From Eledone cirrhosa (Eukaryota), in the NCBI GenBank assembly GCA_964016885.1, contig OZ024745.1, positions 115,010,001-115,074,000 on the forward strand: a stretch of 64,000 nucleotides of DNA. Reading direction: 5' to 3'. The translations under genes were made by a program, and so were the position numbers. Every line of letters starts with the position of its first letter. Positions within the stretch are counted from its first letter, which is position 1. Positions 1 to 13,768 of the stretch are shown in pieces. The notes under the pieces are model-generated. The model saw only the letters and a program-made list of their open reading frames with translations, was not told the origin of the DNA and searched no databases.

Positions 1-183
1 TGGTATGCTTTCATCAGATAAAATAGAAAGAGTGTTTTATAAATTTTGACATAGCCAAGGAAACCATACCTTATCAGTTGAATTTTCCTTGGGTAGTGAG
101 ATTAAAGAACGGATTTTTCAAACTTATGGATGAATATGCAAATGAATATGTAAATAAGGTTGAGTTATATGATTGAAAAACCG

Positions 184-219
<36 letters not shown>

Positions 220-525
220 GTAGTGTTGCTGTCATCCTTTCAATATCAATATAATAAATATCAGTATATATATATACATTGAGATTTATTCTCTCCTTGT
301 AAAATTTGGTCCCGTAACTTGCCAAAACAGCTATCCAGACATAGAAACCAGAACATATATAAGCAAGATGTCCCTTGACTAGTCTGTGAGGATAGTAGTT
401 CTGATAAGGTAATGACTTGGTCTGTAAATATCTGTCTAACCCATGCCAGCAGAGAAAAGTAGACAAAAGGATGTTGATATATATATATATATATCTTTAA
501 AAGGGAAAAGGCACATGCTTTCATT

Positions 526-586
<61 letters not shown>

Positions 587-766
587 GTATATTTATAGTG
601 TGTTTGTGTCCAGTTTAGAATAGGGACACCATATCCCTGCATGTCATAAGAAGCGACTAAAAGGATTAGTGTCAGAAAGGGTATCCATCTATATAACATT
701 ACCTCAAAAATTCCCATTCAGCCCATGCCAGCATGGAAAAGTTGACGTGAAAATGATGATGATGTT

Positions 767-803
<37 letters not shown>

Positions 804-860
804 AGGAAGAAAAATGGCAAGCTGATAACAAAAGCACAAACTTCGAGCCAGTTTCTTATA

Positions 861-900
861 GTCTTCTGACAAAGGGTTTTTAGACCCGAAATATTAGGAC
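861..900 (+). ncRNA. Degenerate minimal hammerhead-ribozyme-like motif (Penelope-type)
   Basis: GTCTT-CTGACAA-AGGGT…ACCC-GAAA-TATT-AGGAC: stems I and II pair, but the core CUGANGA is mutated. Confidence 0.4.
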
Positions 901-1070
901 AGGTAAATAAAATAATAGGTGATGCACCAACATCTTTGTTATCTTCAGTTTATTCTAAAATCTATTATCTATTTTGCATTGTCATAGCCTTCAAATAACA
1001 TACTGCTTTATATATATACAACTGTTGTATTAGATGTATTTGCATTATAAATTTCTTATTTGCATTACAG

Positions 1071-2642
1071 GTCAAGCCTCATATGGAAATACCTTTTTTC
1101 CTTATCAACAAAATGCATTTTGGCAGCAGCAGCAGCAAATACGACAGCTACCACCCAGCACTTCACAGCCATCACAGCCACCAGCCCCACTGGCTCAGAC
1201 TCAACAAAAACAGGCCATACTGCCATTTTCATTACCTGATACATCCAAACCACCACCTGCAGCATTTCTCCCTGCTACAGGTGGATTTGGTCTTCCTCAG
1301 CAACCATATCCAATAATTCCGCAACAAACCTGGAATACTTCTGTCACAACAACTACAGTCTCAACTACTTCTAACTTTAATCCCATGTACCCTCCTCACA
1401 TATTGCCACCAAGTGTACCTTTAGCTGCTGGTACTCCAATACCACTTCTGAATTTTACCTCAGTGCCACCCCCAACTTCAAGCAGTAAGGCTAGTGTTAC
1501 TAGTAGCACTACAAGCTTGACTAATTCCAGTATCAAAGAGACTGGTCGTGGTTTGCTAGCTACTCCCAATCTGTCGCAGGCAATTGCTCCTATAACATTG
1601 CCCCCCATGAATGTTCCACCTCCCGTATCATCTGCTCCTTTACAACCGCCTGGTATAGCAGCTTCTACTTTACATCCACCCGTCCTTCCTCCATTAAACA
1701 TGCCACCTCCACCAATCACAGATCCATTAAGTCGACCACTTCCCAACCTTCCACCTCATGGACATGGTCCTTCTAAATCTCCTTTAGATAATGTCCCCAT
1801 AAAAGTTTCAGTAAAAACTCCTCTTCTTCCTGATCCCATAATAACAAAACTTGTTAACAAACCTTACAATACATTACAACCTCCTGTTGGGATGCCAATA
1901 ATGCAATCATCTATGCCACCAAATGTCCCTGTTCCCACATTAGTTTCTCAACCTGCACTACCTCCTTTAACCAAACCATCTTTGCCTTCAATTCCACAAA
2001 AACCCCTTTTGCCACAACCAGCCCTTCCTCCATGTGTGACTGATATCCTTCCATCACCACCATCATTACCATCATTACCATCTCTACCAAATCATGAAGA
2101 CCTTCAAAGCTCCAAAATTCCAGAAATAAACAGAGAAGACACCAATCAGAGAATAAGTGATCCTTTAGAATCCCTAAAACCTGCTGAAGAAAAAGGCTGG
2201 TCTGCTCCAAAACTAGAAGACATTCCTTTGCCTCATTTACCATTTACAATTGTTCCTGACGAAAAAAACAAGCCTGCTGAACCAGTAGTTAAAGAAAAAG
2301 ATATTAAAATGTCTGAACAAATAGCCGAAATAAATGAGGAAAAACCAGCAACAGAAAATTCTTTGATTGCGAAGAATAACAGTAAAGACGTACCTTCCGA
2401 TGTTCCTGTAGAACAAGCATCTGTCAGTACCCAACCATCTGCTGATGTTGAGACAGCTCCAGAAGAGAAATCTCGAACGTACAAGTTTTCCTGGAGTAAA
2501 GGCAGCCTGGAAGGGGAACTGTCTGACTTTACAATCAGCTCTGTGCATACCAGTGACTTGTCTTCTTTTGATGAAGGAGAGGGCAACATTTCCCTTTCAG
2601 ATGTAAACAGTAGCCCACGGAATGATAGTGATGCTGATCCTG
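1071..2642 (+). CDS. BOD1L1: BOD1L1-like protein, large Pro-rich internal exon (first exon visible in window)
   Basis: Acceptor ttacag|g at 1070 and donor g|gtaaga at 2643; open frame, phase 1 in and 1 out. Encodes LSDFTISSVHTSDLSSFDE, matching the vertebrate BOD1L1 motif LTDITVSSVHTSDLSSFEE as I recall it. Confidence 0.85.
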
Positions 2643-2771
2643 GTAAGATACTTTTCTTAGCAACTACTCTACATACATGGGTGGTGTATAGGCAATCATT
2701 AGAATGTCATGGGCTCATACATATGTACATAATCTACATATACACACATACATGGGGCTTGAGGGAGTCTA

Positions 2772-3062
2772 TTAAATCGACCCCAGAAGGATGAAAGGCA
2801 AAGTTGATCTCAGTGGGGTTTAAAACCAAAATGTAGAGGGTTGTAACAAAATACTTATTTCTAATTTAGGTACAAGGCCAGCAAATTTGGGGGAAGCGTG
2901 AAGTTGATTACATTGACTAAATTGACCCAGTACTTGCCTAGTACTTTATTTTTTCGATCTTGGAAGGAAAGATGAAAAGCAAAGTTGACCTTGGTGAGAT
3001 TTGAAACCAGAATGTAGAGTGCTATAATGAAATACTGCAAAGCATTTCATCTAATGCACTAT
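2772..3062 (-). mobile_element. Two degenerate tRNA-derived SINE copies (family A, core gcctttcatcctt…ggggtcgat)
   Basis: Reverse-complement matches to the 19495 copy. Confidence 0.7.
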
Positions 3063-3707
3063 TATTAGTATGGACCACACCAAACCCTACAAATTTGCCC
3101 CCAAAATTGTTTTATTGGAGAAGAATCTATGACTTTGATCTTATATAATCTGAGTAAGCAATAAATGTACAAATGATAGACTGATAAGAAAACCCCAAAC
3201 AAAAATAAGTAAACCTTATGAATTATCAAAGTTCTGGTGGTGTTGAAATTTGAAATGTGGGAGTCCTAAATGCAGAAAATAACTGTAATGACAGTTGTTT
3301 ACTGTAGATATTAGTTGAGAAAATTGCTCGAGCTGGTGCTGCCACGTTGCAATATGCATTTAAGGGTTCATGTTACAACATGTTATGACATGTTATGAGA
3401 ATGTACAGGTGCATTTAAATCAAAATCCCTGCATATGATTTTTAGCTATGTACTTTTTGAAGCCTCCTCATACACATAGTTTACAAGTATTTATGTTTTT
3501 ATTGAGTATCGACCTGAATCACTTACACTATATATGTATATATATATATATATATGTGTGTATGTATATATATATACATACAAAGTGTTAAAACGATCAA
3601 ATTTTAGTTTAGAACATTTATTAGCTGACAATTGTTTCTTCCAGTACTTAGTACTACCCTACATATTTATATCAAACATATATAAATATAAATATAAATA
3701 TTACTAT

Positions 3708-4110
3708 CATCATCATCGTTTAACGTCCATCTTCCACGCTAGCATGGGTTAGACGGGAGTTGTCCCACTTGAGGCAAGGTTGGTTGGGTGACCGTGTCTC
3801 GCTCATATAGGACTATCTGGCAGGTTTTCTACGGCTGGATGCCCTTCCTAACACCAACCACATTTACAGTGTGGAACTGGGAACTTTTTACCGTGTTACC
3901 TACACGGCCACATTACAGCGTGGACTTTGTGTTTTTTTTTTCTCGTGACACCTACACGATTTCGATCTCATTATCTCATTTATTTGGACTGAATGTTGTG
4001 GTACCAACTTTACAGAGAGAGGGTGGTGTTGGTGGGAGTGGGAGGATAGGGTAGGGGTAGTGGATTGGGGTGTATATTTGGTTAAGAGGTGCCTACTGAC
4101 TGTAGGTTTC
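3708..4110 (-). mobile_element. SINE/RTE-tail element (catcatcgtttaacgtcc…); related copies at ~47760-48265 (+), 49215-49540 (-), 50348-50640 (-)
   Basis: Shared RTE-type 3' tail, the ggatgcccttcctaacaccaacc block and the ttaagaggtgcctactga end. Confidence 0.7.
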
Positions 4111-4270
4111 GCTTTGTACATAGGCATATATACACACAGATGTATATACATATACAATTGCACATTTAAATTGTAATATCCATCATCATCTATGCATTCA
4201 CCAATATTTACAGTAAATATTACTGGTAATTTACATTTATTTATCATAGTATAAATATATTTTTTTGTAG

Positions 4271-4437
4271 ATTTGAAAGATGTTGATGATAAAATTGTTG
4301 AAAAAACAGAGCCAAGTCCATGTAAAGAGACAAAGAAAGCAAAAACTGCACCGAAACCTCGTAAACTTATTTCATTGTCCTACAATTACTCTGATAGTGA
4401 TGATGATGAAACACGGGAAGAACGTAAAGAGCGAATT
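4271..4437 (+). CDS. BOD1L1: BOD1L1-like exon (…YNYSDSDDDETREERKERI)
   Basis: ttgtag| acceptor and |gtaagt donor; phase 1 in, 0 out, joins the previous exon in frame. YSDSDD motif as in BOD1L1 (YSDSDDELTVEQRRQSI). Confidence 0.88.
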
Positions 4438-5009
4438 GTAAGTGTTTGGCTTCAGAAGATTTTAATTTTTGTTGAATGTATTCTGTTTTATAGGCTGTGT
4501 GGTTAAGAACTTTGCTTCACTACCACAAGTTTTAGTGCTCTCATTGTATTAGACTCTGGGCAACTGTCTTCTACAATAGCCTCAGGCTGACCAATTGATC
4601 AATGCCTTGTGAGTGAAATTGGAAGATGGAATCTAAAACTAACAACACGCATATTTTCTTCCTGAAAAATGTTTTTCCTGTTTTCTTTCTTGTCTTACTC
4701 TCGTCTATCTTTCTATTTCTTTTTCTCTCTTATTCTGTCTTCTGATGAAGGATTACTGTTCAAAACATTATGGTCTCTGGTTTCTGAATTAAATTCTTTT
4801 CTTCTCTTTTGAAATACTAAGTTTTAAAGATCATTTGGCTTTTATTGCTAACATTTGAAGTAATTGTATTAAGGTTCGCTTGTTGACACTGCCAGAAATG
4901 AGTGCTGAAGAATAACATCTGCTGCATTCTGAGTCAATCTTGCCTAGGCTATGTTACTGAAGTAAAACTGGAATAAGCTAACATTATCTAACTGATATTC
5001 ACTCTGATC

Positions 5010-5260
5010 GATCGACAAGATCCCAGACTTCATTCGCTTTCCGAGTGGGGTGGACCTCATCAAATCGGACCAAGGAAACAATATTTCCATTGGTCTTTCC
5101 ATTGCTGATACTCTCTACCGGTCACAACTACTGGCAGAAGGAGCAACGTGAAATAAAGTGTCTTGCTCAAGGACACAACGCATCACCAGGTCTGAGAATT
5201 GAACTCGCAACCTCATGATTGTGAATCCAACTCTCTAACCACTAAGCCATGTGCCTTCAT
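5010..5260 (-). mobile_element. tRNA-derived SINE; same family on + at ~20745-20970
   Basis: tRNA-like head (ggcttagtggttagag…gagttcaatt) and shared ggaaagaccaatggaaatattgtttccttggtc body. Confidence 0.7.
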
Positions 5261-5509
5261 AAAACTGATACAGTAATGCTTTACTGTATACTAACACTGT
5301 ATTTGATGGACACCTTAACTAAAAATACCTTGCAGACGTTTCACAGATGGTAAAGAGTTTCAAATTTAAAATGATCATTTTCCTGCAACAGAAATACATT
5401 TCAACAACGATCATATCAAAAACATTGAGAGCAAATTTGTTAAGGACTTTATTGATGTGTTTATTGATTCATATAATGGGAGTAACATACTGTTTTCTCT
5501 TTGTTGAAG

Positions 5510-5648
5510 GCTAAAGAAAAGGAAGAACGTTATCTTCGGCGGCAACAGAGACGAGCTGGTTTGGAAGCCAAAAGAAAAGATCGGGAAGAAGAGAAACAGC
5601 GTCAGTGCACCAAGATGACCATTCCTGATGAAGGAAAAGAAGATTCAG
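5510..5648 (+). CDS. BOD1L1: BOD1L1-like exon (AKEKEERYLRRQQRRAGLEAKRKDREEEKQRQ…), coiled-coil-like
   Basis: Not in the ORF track; read manually. ttgttgaag| acceptor and |gttagt donor; phase 0 in, 1 out. Continues the BOD1L1 motif AKEKEERLLRRQINREKLEEKRK. Confidence 0.88.
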
Positions 5649-5799
5649 GTTAGTTGAAGATATTCTTCTGCCAGAAATTGGATGATTGTGGGCGAGGTCA
5701 TTGGGTGCTGTTTTTGGTTTTTTGGTATTCATCATCTCTCCCATAGATAGGGAGTTCAGTTTAGAAGTTTTCAAAACACTTGTCACTTATTTAGTGCTC

Positions 5800-6340
5800 T
5801 TGCTAACAAACTTTCATCATCTCATCTTTGCATGCTGGTTGCTCGGATCGCCAAGACTCACCTTCTCCATCCAACTCTATTGTCCATTGCTTGTTGATTG
5901 CACTCAGCATCCTCTCAAAGCTGTCCATGTTGGGATATCCACACCTTGGTGTCCACAGCAGCACATCGCTGACAATTTCATTCTTTGTTCTCCAACTGTG
6001 TCCCATGAATCTGGTTTGTCTTTCTTGGATGTTATGAGAAATTGCAGGTGGGTAACAATGGAGTTGCTTTTTTGTAAGGCGTTGCTTCCAGGACATGTTT
6101 AGAGCAGCTCTGAGCATTCTTATGTATGTACGATCTAGTTTCTTCTTGAGTCACTTAGTGAGTGTCCACATGTACTCCTTTACAGCAGGACTGACTCCAC
6201 TTTCACTTGGAAGAATTCCTGTTTTATTTGTTTGGAGAGCTTCGATTTCCAAATTGTTGTCAGCTTATCCAAGGCAACCTAAACTTTGCTGATGCGTAAG
6301 TTTATGTCAGTTTTGGCAAGACCCTGTTTCGAGATCTTGC
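5800..6340 (-). mobile_element. Degenerate non-LTR retrotransposon C-terminal fragment
   Basis: MLRAALNMSWKQRLTKKQL…IQERQTRFMGHSWR resembles the post-RT region of RTE-type LINEs. Confidence 0.65.
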
Positions 6341-6931
6341 TTTCAAGATAGTTGAACAAACCTTAGTGTACATTTACTACTCTGTCAGTTTATGTAATAT
6401 CACATAGCTGTGTAAAGATGAAGTTGACTAATTCAAAGGTCATATGATCAAATTCTACAATGTACCAACTGACTAAACAGATTACTTCCTAATATCAAGC
6501 AATCTAGTGGTTGTGTAGTTAAAAACCCATCTGTACAAAAGGTTTCAGTAAGTCATCATCAGCATCATCATCATCACTGTTTAAATCTTTCTTCCCTGGT
6601 CCCGTCATCAGTTGTGGCATCAGAATTCATTGAGATCAGCTACCACTTCTATTGTGTTTTTTTTTCTACTCCCACTTGTAACTAAGTCACCTAAGTAACA
6701 AGCTTTCAACTCTTCTGGAACCTTTCCCAGATTAGGAAAAGTTTATTTCTTTGATGCTCATACTACTAACTATTCCTGTACATCTGCCACATACACAATC
6801 TACCTTGTCCATTACAAAGTCTACATTCTCTGCCTGCCCCAATACACCTTTTTGAATATTGTTGACATAGTGAATAAATTTGATAATTGCCTGTAATTTG
6901 TATTAAAAAGAATTTATTTCATTGTTTGTAG

Positions 6932-7754
6932 TGGTACCTCCATTGAAAGTTGAACCTAGTGTGGCAATTGCTGAAGACAAGGAGAAGAATGAAGTTGTAC
7001 CTGTGCCCCGTAAGAAATCAAAGGAAGAAATGAAAGAGCAGCTGCGTAGTCAGAAGGTAATGGAAAAGCGGCTTGCTCTTCGGCGGCGCCGAACCCGAAA
7101 CAAGCGCTATACTTCAGAAGAATTTACGTCCATATTTACGGAAAAGGGTCAATCATTTTCTAATCTAAGTTATCAAGATATTGATGAGAGCTCTCCAGAT
7201 CAGCTACCTGGTGAGAATGTAGCCCAGTTTGAGTCAACTGAAATTGAAACTGGGACCTCACAGGCAGTTGAAGTGGATGATTGCTTTCCTAAGTCACCAC
7301 CTACTCCCACACAAGACGAACATGACCCTGATATCTATGATACACCTGCATCTGAAGTACTTGTCTCTGAACTGACTAAAATACCCATCTATGAGATGGG
7401 TGGGGCAAGTGCCTATTCTGCTGCTCTTGGCCTGGGTCCATTAGATGAGAGTGTTCCATCTAAACAACAGACTTCATCAAATGCCAACAGTAAGAGCACC
7501 ACTAATCCCGAAACTCCTTTTACTGGAACACGATGTACTAGCCCTTACAGTGATATTTCAGAATCTTCCAAAGAAGATCTAATTGATGAAACACCCAAAG
7601 AAAAGAAACCCATTTTAAAGAAAAAGGAAGAAAAAATAACCAAGATTGAGAAGCCATCTCAAAAGATTCCTTTGTTAGATACTTATAGTAGTAAGAGAAA
7701 ACCTAGCAGTCATGGACATTATAACCTTGGACCGGGACCATCAGCAGCAGCACG
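6932..7754 (+). CDS. BOD1L1: BOD1L1-like exon (basic RRRRTRNKR stretch, acidic/Ser-Pro-rich)
   Basis: tttgtag| acceptor and |gtaagt donor; phase 1 in, 2 out; lies in ORF 6922-7758. Confidence 0.85.
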
Positions 7755-8107
7755 GTAAGTTGGTTTAATTTGTCTTTTTATCTATGAGATATCATCGTCA
7801 TCATCATAACCACTACCACCACCATCATCAGCATAAACACCACCTTCATCAACACCACCACCATCCTCATCAACATTATTATCACCATCATCACCATCCC
7901 ACTTTCTATACTGGCATAGGTTGGATGAGTTCTCATGGTCCACGACCATACAGGTCTCATCGATTCCTTCCTCTTACACTCCATATATGGTATGGTTTCT
8001 ATGGCTGGATGTTCTTCCTTATAGCAGGAATGCCTTTGATTGTCGGAGCACCTTTTTAAGAAGGATGCTTCGTCTAACAAAGTTTTTATCTATTCTGTAT
8101 AATGGTT

Positions 8108-8312
8108 TCTGATTTAGGCACAAGGCCAACAATTTTCGGGAGAAGAAAGTCGATTAAATCAACCCCAGTGCATTGTTGTTACTTTATTTTATCAACTCCA
8201 TAAGGATGAAAGTTAACCGTGACAGGGTTTGAACTCAAAACTTAAAGGGACGTAACTATATGCTGCAAAGCATGTTGTCTGGCACTCTACCGTTACTGCC
8301 AATCCATTGCCC
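8108..8312 (-). mobile_element. tRNA-derived SINE family A
   Basis: Reverse complement of the 19495 family. Confidence 0.75.
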
Positions 8313-8845
8313 TTTTGTATAATGCCATTGGTTCTTGATTAGTTTCTCAACTAACTTGCACTTAATCTCTCTTGTAAGTTACTATTGCTTACTCAACAGA
8401 TTGTGCTCAACTAATTTTCTTTCCAGTTATTGCATATCCTCTGCTTTTACTGCCTGTATTACACTTGGTGTGTTTGTGTGCATGGTGGTGAGTTTGAGTA
8501 CTACTTATGGAGTACTGATGCTCACTTTACATTGCTGGCCTTGTGCTTAAATCAGAAACCATTATTATTGTTTTTACGTTCACTCTTCTATGCTAGCATG
8601 AGTTAGATGGGATGTTTTGAGACAATGTTTTACAGGAAAATGCTGTTTCAGGCACCAACCCTTTTTAGTTGTCTCTAGGGATACTGTGTACCTATTCCCA
8701 AAACTGGGATACCAGTAATATTTGAAATCTGTTGGATTGGTTATACCTCTTGAGTTGGTTTTTGTGCCATCTGAAAAAAATGTTTTTATTCCATTCAGTT
8801 TAATCATTTGTATTTAAATTTTATTGTTTCATATACTTATTTCAG

Positions 8846-8974
8846 GCCACCTCCTCTCTTACCTAAATTGTCAGCAGCTGATACTCGCAGTCGTTCTGGT
8901 CAGCGCTACAACATAGAGGATTTGTACAAACCCCGAATCAGTCACCGCCGAACCATGTCACCAACTGATTCTGG
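8846..8974 (+). CDS. BOD1L1: BOD1L1-like exon (PPPLLPKLSAADTRSRSGQRYNIEDLYKPRISHRRTMSPTDSG)
   Basis: tttcag| acceptor and |gtaaat donor; phase 2 in and 2 out, stop-free, in frame with its neighbours. Confidence 0.8.
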
Positions 8975-11054
8975 GTAAATTTTTTATTAATTGCTAATTT
9001 TATTTTACTAATAAACAATTTATATTTGTCTTTTATTTTTTATTGACATATTTACTAAAATTGGAATGTCTAATTAAAACAAATTCAATTTCATTGGGTG
9101 TTTGATAGTTGAGGGTGATATTAGTTTCTTAAATGGGCAACCATAACACCTGCAGTTTGTTAGGATCTTATTTCTATGTGATGTTTGCTATTTGTTTGTG
9201 GCACGCTCAACTTGACATCACCATCACATGTCTATTTTCCATGCTTTCATTGATTAGACAGGCTGCCACATACTGAGGTTAGTCTGTTCAGGCGACAATG
9301 TTTTGCTCATACATTCCATATTTAGCTTGGTTTCTACAGTTGAATGCCTTTCATAACACCAACTACTTTACTGTGAGCATTTTATCATGACTCCAGCACC
9401 ATCATCTGACAGGGTGGACTGGGTGCTTTTTGTCATGCTACCAACACTACTGCCTTACAATGAATGTATATATGTCTTTGTGGCAAAGGCATTATATTTC
9501 TCTTTTTTGGGGGGTCTTATCTAGACAGGATGGTTAATTCTAGAGTCCTTAAATATAAGCCATTTTTGCTTGAATTAATATAACATAAGGGCAGATAAAC
9601 TCCTCACAGTCAATGGCCATCCGCCCCAACTATGGGTTAAATAACCTCACCAACCTGTGATTGGCCAAGTATGATGAGTACGGCTACACCCTGACAAGAC
9701 CAAAACCAAACAGAAAGCTGTGGAGGTCAACCAGGGAAGGGTTCCTCCAACAGGAGTGAGAAGGTCCTGGATTGGATTGGAGTAAAGTTTCAAATCCTAT
9801 TACAATTATGATTGTTTACACCCTCAATTATGTTAGTTCCACCACCAATTCAGTTCAGTTTTGATTAAAGGTCTTGCAGTTCCATTATAGAACTATTTTT
9901 AGATATTGAATGTATGTTGGATACTGCACATTTGCTTGGTTTAAATAGTGTTGGTGGTTTGATAAATCTAGTAATAAACTGTTTTTATTTTATTGAGTAG
10001 AGTAGCTAGAATAATTACTTATTATTGTATTGGGGTATACAATGGAAGGAAAGTTTGAGAAAATAGTTCACATTATCTGCTTTGTTTGTTATGAATGCCT
10101 ACTCTGTAGTTAAATACTCTTATGGGGTTCAGTAATGTTGCAAATTTATTACAATTTTAGACATTTATAATGAATGTGCAGATATGAAAAGACAATTTTA
10201 TGAACTAAAAATATTTAAAGTAGGAATGTATATGTATTGAGAGGAAAAAAGAAGTCTAATTTTTTGAAAAAGAGCATTGCCCAAAACAATCGATTTTATT
10301 GCTTACTACTCACACCGTACGTTAAATAGGTGATGTAGACTACCACTCATTTCTTCAAATTTGCCTTGATTACCTTCACTCTACTAATCTGTGCAATTAA
10401 TGTTTAGTTCCAAAACTGAAATTGAAATTGTTTTCTCTCTCCTCAAATCTAACAGTATACTAACCAAACTGTCTAAATAATATTTAACTATCTTTGTTTC
10501 TTCTAACCCATTAAGTCTTTCAATGACAATAAAGTCAGTATTGATTATTTTAAAATTGTTTTTCATGGTTTATACATTCTGTCTCCTACATTTGTGGTAC
10601 TTTTCACATAAGGTTTGTATTTCTTTAATGATATTTCTATAAACTATTTATATTGGAAAATCATAGTTCCCTCCGTTTGGTTTGAAATTCTTGGAGGAAA
10701 TTGTATTTGACAAACAAATGGTCAATTTTCTTGATTTTTCTTCATAAGGTCATATGGAATGTTGATTGTGTTCAGACTTGATTAGTCTGGATTTGAAGAA
10801 CAAGTTGTTCATTCAGTTATTTGCTCTTCCAGTTTTAAGAAATTGAGCAATCTTTACTTCGTTCTTTTTAATGCTTTAATACCAGTTACTTGTAATCTTA
10901 GGGCAACAGAAGTGATATCTAGAACTTTCTATAAATGTTCAATATTACTAGTTCTGCCTTTCAATGGGCACTGAACAAGTTAAGCATGTAACACTCACAC
11001 AAAGCACTTGCATGTTTAGTTACTTCTGTCATGGGAGACTTTGTGTATTTCCAG

Positions 11055-11411
11055 AAGGTACACAGACTCTGACCGGCATTACAGTGCTCAGCGTTACAGC
11101 AGTGATACCAGTTACAAAAATCGCACCACACTTAGCAGTTTAGGCAGTTCTACAAGACGACGACATGCAACTCCACCTTCTTCATCTCCTTTGGAGAGTA
11201 GAAATTGTATTGCAATACCCATACCCCGGGCAAATTCACACCATCAAAAAGCCAAAATGAGAGACAACAGTTTTAGCAGCAGCCATATTTCACAAGAAGA
11301 GCAGAGGATTGTAGAATCAGAGAAGAAAAAATATGAAGCAGAATTGCTTGCAGCTGAGAGCAAACTTCAAAAACAAAAGTCTACATTGGATGCCATGGAA
11401 TCGAAACAGAG
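11055..11411 (+). CDS. BOD1L1: BOD1L1-like exon (RYTDSDRHYSAQRYSS…DAMESKQR)
   Basis: tttccag| acceptor (CAGAAG tandem site) and |gtgaga donor; phase 2 in and 2 out; ORF 11041-11415. Confidence 0.78.
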
Positions 11412-12365
11412 GTGAGATGTTGGGTGTAGTCAGTGTATGTATACTATACTGTTACTTGTCTACTACTTGAGGCTTATTTGTCTGAGTTAGTTGAAGTCTG
11501 CTCAACATTAAGTCTTTGAGTTTGGCCATTTCACAGAGAACTGTAGGAGATATTTGCAAGAGTTAATTGTTAAAACCAACACAGTTGGCTCTGTTTAGTG
11601 TTTGTCTAAGTGTCTGTTGTGTTTAAGTGTGCATGTAATAAAACAGAATTATTTCTAAATCTAAAATGATCTAATTAGATTATCACTTCAGCAGTTAAAT
11701 AGCTACAGAATATTAGCAAAAAACAATTTTGTATTTATAATTTCTTATATTCTATTTGTTCACAATCTCTGATAGATAATATTTTTTATTGGCTATAGTA
11801 TCTTGCAATTGTTTCAATCAATTTTCCACTATGGCTATTGTAGAGATTAAGATGTGTTTTATATCAATTTTACTATAGTGGCATGGCTTCTCAGCTTTTT
11901 TTCCACAAGAGATTTTATTACTGGATTTCCTTTTAGTTATCAACCACTCAAACACAGTGTGAGGATAGTACATATTGTCACTAAATGGATTGCATGAAGT
12001 CGAGTAAAATAGCCAGCATATGCTCTGTGGGACATAAAGATACATACACACTTTCTTGACTACAATCAAGAAAATATTGTTCATCTGATAAACAGTCTTA
12101 CACTAAACCACCTGCCCACTGCCAAACTATATTCTCTTTCCTTTTTATATTACTAGTACAATGGTTTCTACTCTTCTGAATTTGCTAACTGTACAACCTC
12201 CCCAACTCACTCGTCTTACTACCTGCTATTATCTTACAGACTGAAAAATAAACATTTATCCTAACTTTCTTCTTCAAAACTGTGTCCATCCTCCAAATCC
12301 TTCCTTCAGCTGTTTATTTCCAACCACCAAAACTAAAAAAAACTTTGTGGAGACTGTTTTCTTCC

Positions 12366-12483
12366 TTAACCCTTTAAACTGGCTGCTCATAGTGATATTA
12401 AGGTATTGTTCTCAAAATAAATATCAAAATTTCGTAGATTCGATATTATGTGATATAAAGTAATGTAAATGCTAAAGGGTTAA
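12366..12483. mobile_element. TTAA-flanked piggyBac-type MITE, internally deleted
   Basis: TTAA-CCCTTTA … TGCTAAAGGG-TTAA; interior matches 22653-22865. Confidence 0.7.
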
Positions 12484-13768
12484 ACAAAAACATTAAAAAT
12501 TTAAATTTAAACCATAACTTTTGAAATGTGTGCTTTTTTTTTGCTTTTTTTAAATTTAACAGAAAAAAAAATTCAGAAGTTAAATTAGATGTATTTTTAT
12601 ATATTTACATCTAATTTTGTATCCTTCAGTTTGTTCTGCAAATTTTGTCCTTTGCATGAACTTTTTCACAACGGTTTGATCATAAGCAATAGTATTTTGT
12701 TTCTTCTGCTTCGATATGATCCCTGCTGCTTGGTTTCTGTGGAAGGCTTTCTTGGTTACATTGAGATTTTATGAGAAAACTACTTCAGCTCATGGTTTCA
12801 TACATAAATATTAAAATTATACTTCTTAGAGACTATATTACACTACAGCCATTATGTTGTCATTTTTCTCTTTAAAATACAGTTTTCTTTCCCCATTAGT
12901 TATGAACATTGCTGAAAATACTTCAACTTACACCAAGAAAGTGTACATTTAAAACTCCCAAATATATTTTTTATCTTCTAAAAGTGTGAAATCACACTAA
13001 ATAGTATTATCTCACCAATTACAATTTTGTATGAAATATCGTTATGAATTATTAATTTCTGTTGTAAACTGACTACATATATTGTTTATTTAACCACTTA
13101 TTACAAATCATTCACCCCATCACTATATGAGCTCTCTTCTATACATTGACTTCTCAGCTGGCGTATATGTTTTAACACATTTTACCACATAGCACATTCA
13201 CGACAATATAAGTACTACTCACATTTTATGATTGAGTGGTTTATGTTTAGGCATAATCCAATCTTCCAATAATTCATGCAAAATGCTAAAATTACTTGCA
13301 TCTGTTTTGTTTAATTATTGTATAACATAAGACTTATACTGGTTGTGATGTTAAAGGACAACACTACTGATTGAAAGACCATCACAACAAAATCTATAGT
13401 TAAATTATACTTGAAGGGCAGGTACATACTTGTAGAAACACTTGCTTTAAAACTTATATACAGTTGCATCCACATTTAGAATTATTCTAGTCATACTGCC
13501 ATAGAAAAAATGATTGCAAAAACAAAATAATTTAAAAGTCACCCAATCTGTATTTACTTTCATAAATTATCAACTATCATAAACTACATGGGCTAGTTAT
13601 GTAATTTACCTAAATAACTCATTCAGTCCACATTAGTTTTAAAATTAGATTGTTATATGGACAAATAAACAAAATTCATATAAAATGAAGAGTCTTTAAT
13701 GAGTAAATTATTCAGTTTTTCGTTATTGCTACTGCTACATTGTTCTAAAATATTTATTTTTATTGTAG

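Noticed and set aside
1396-2589. Minus-strand ORFs overlapping the large BOD1L1-like exon
   Set aside because: Antisense shadows of a Pro/Ser-rich coding exon.
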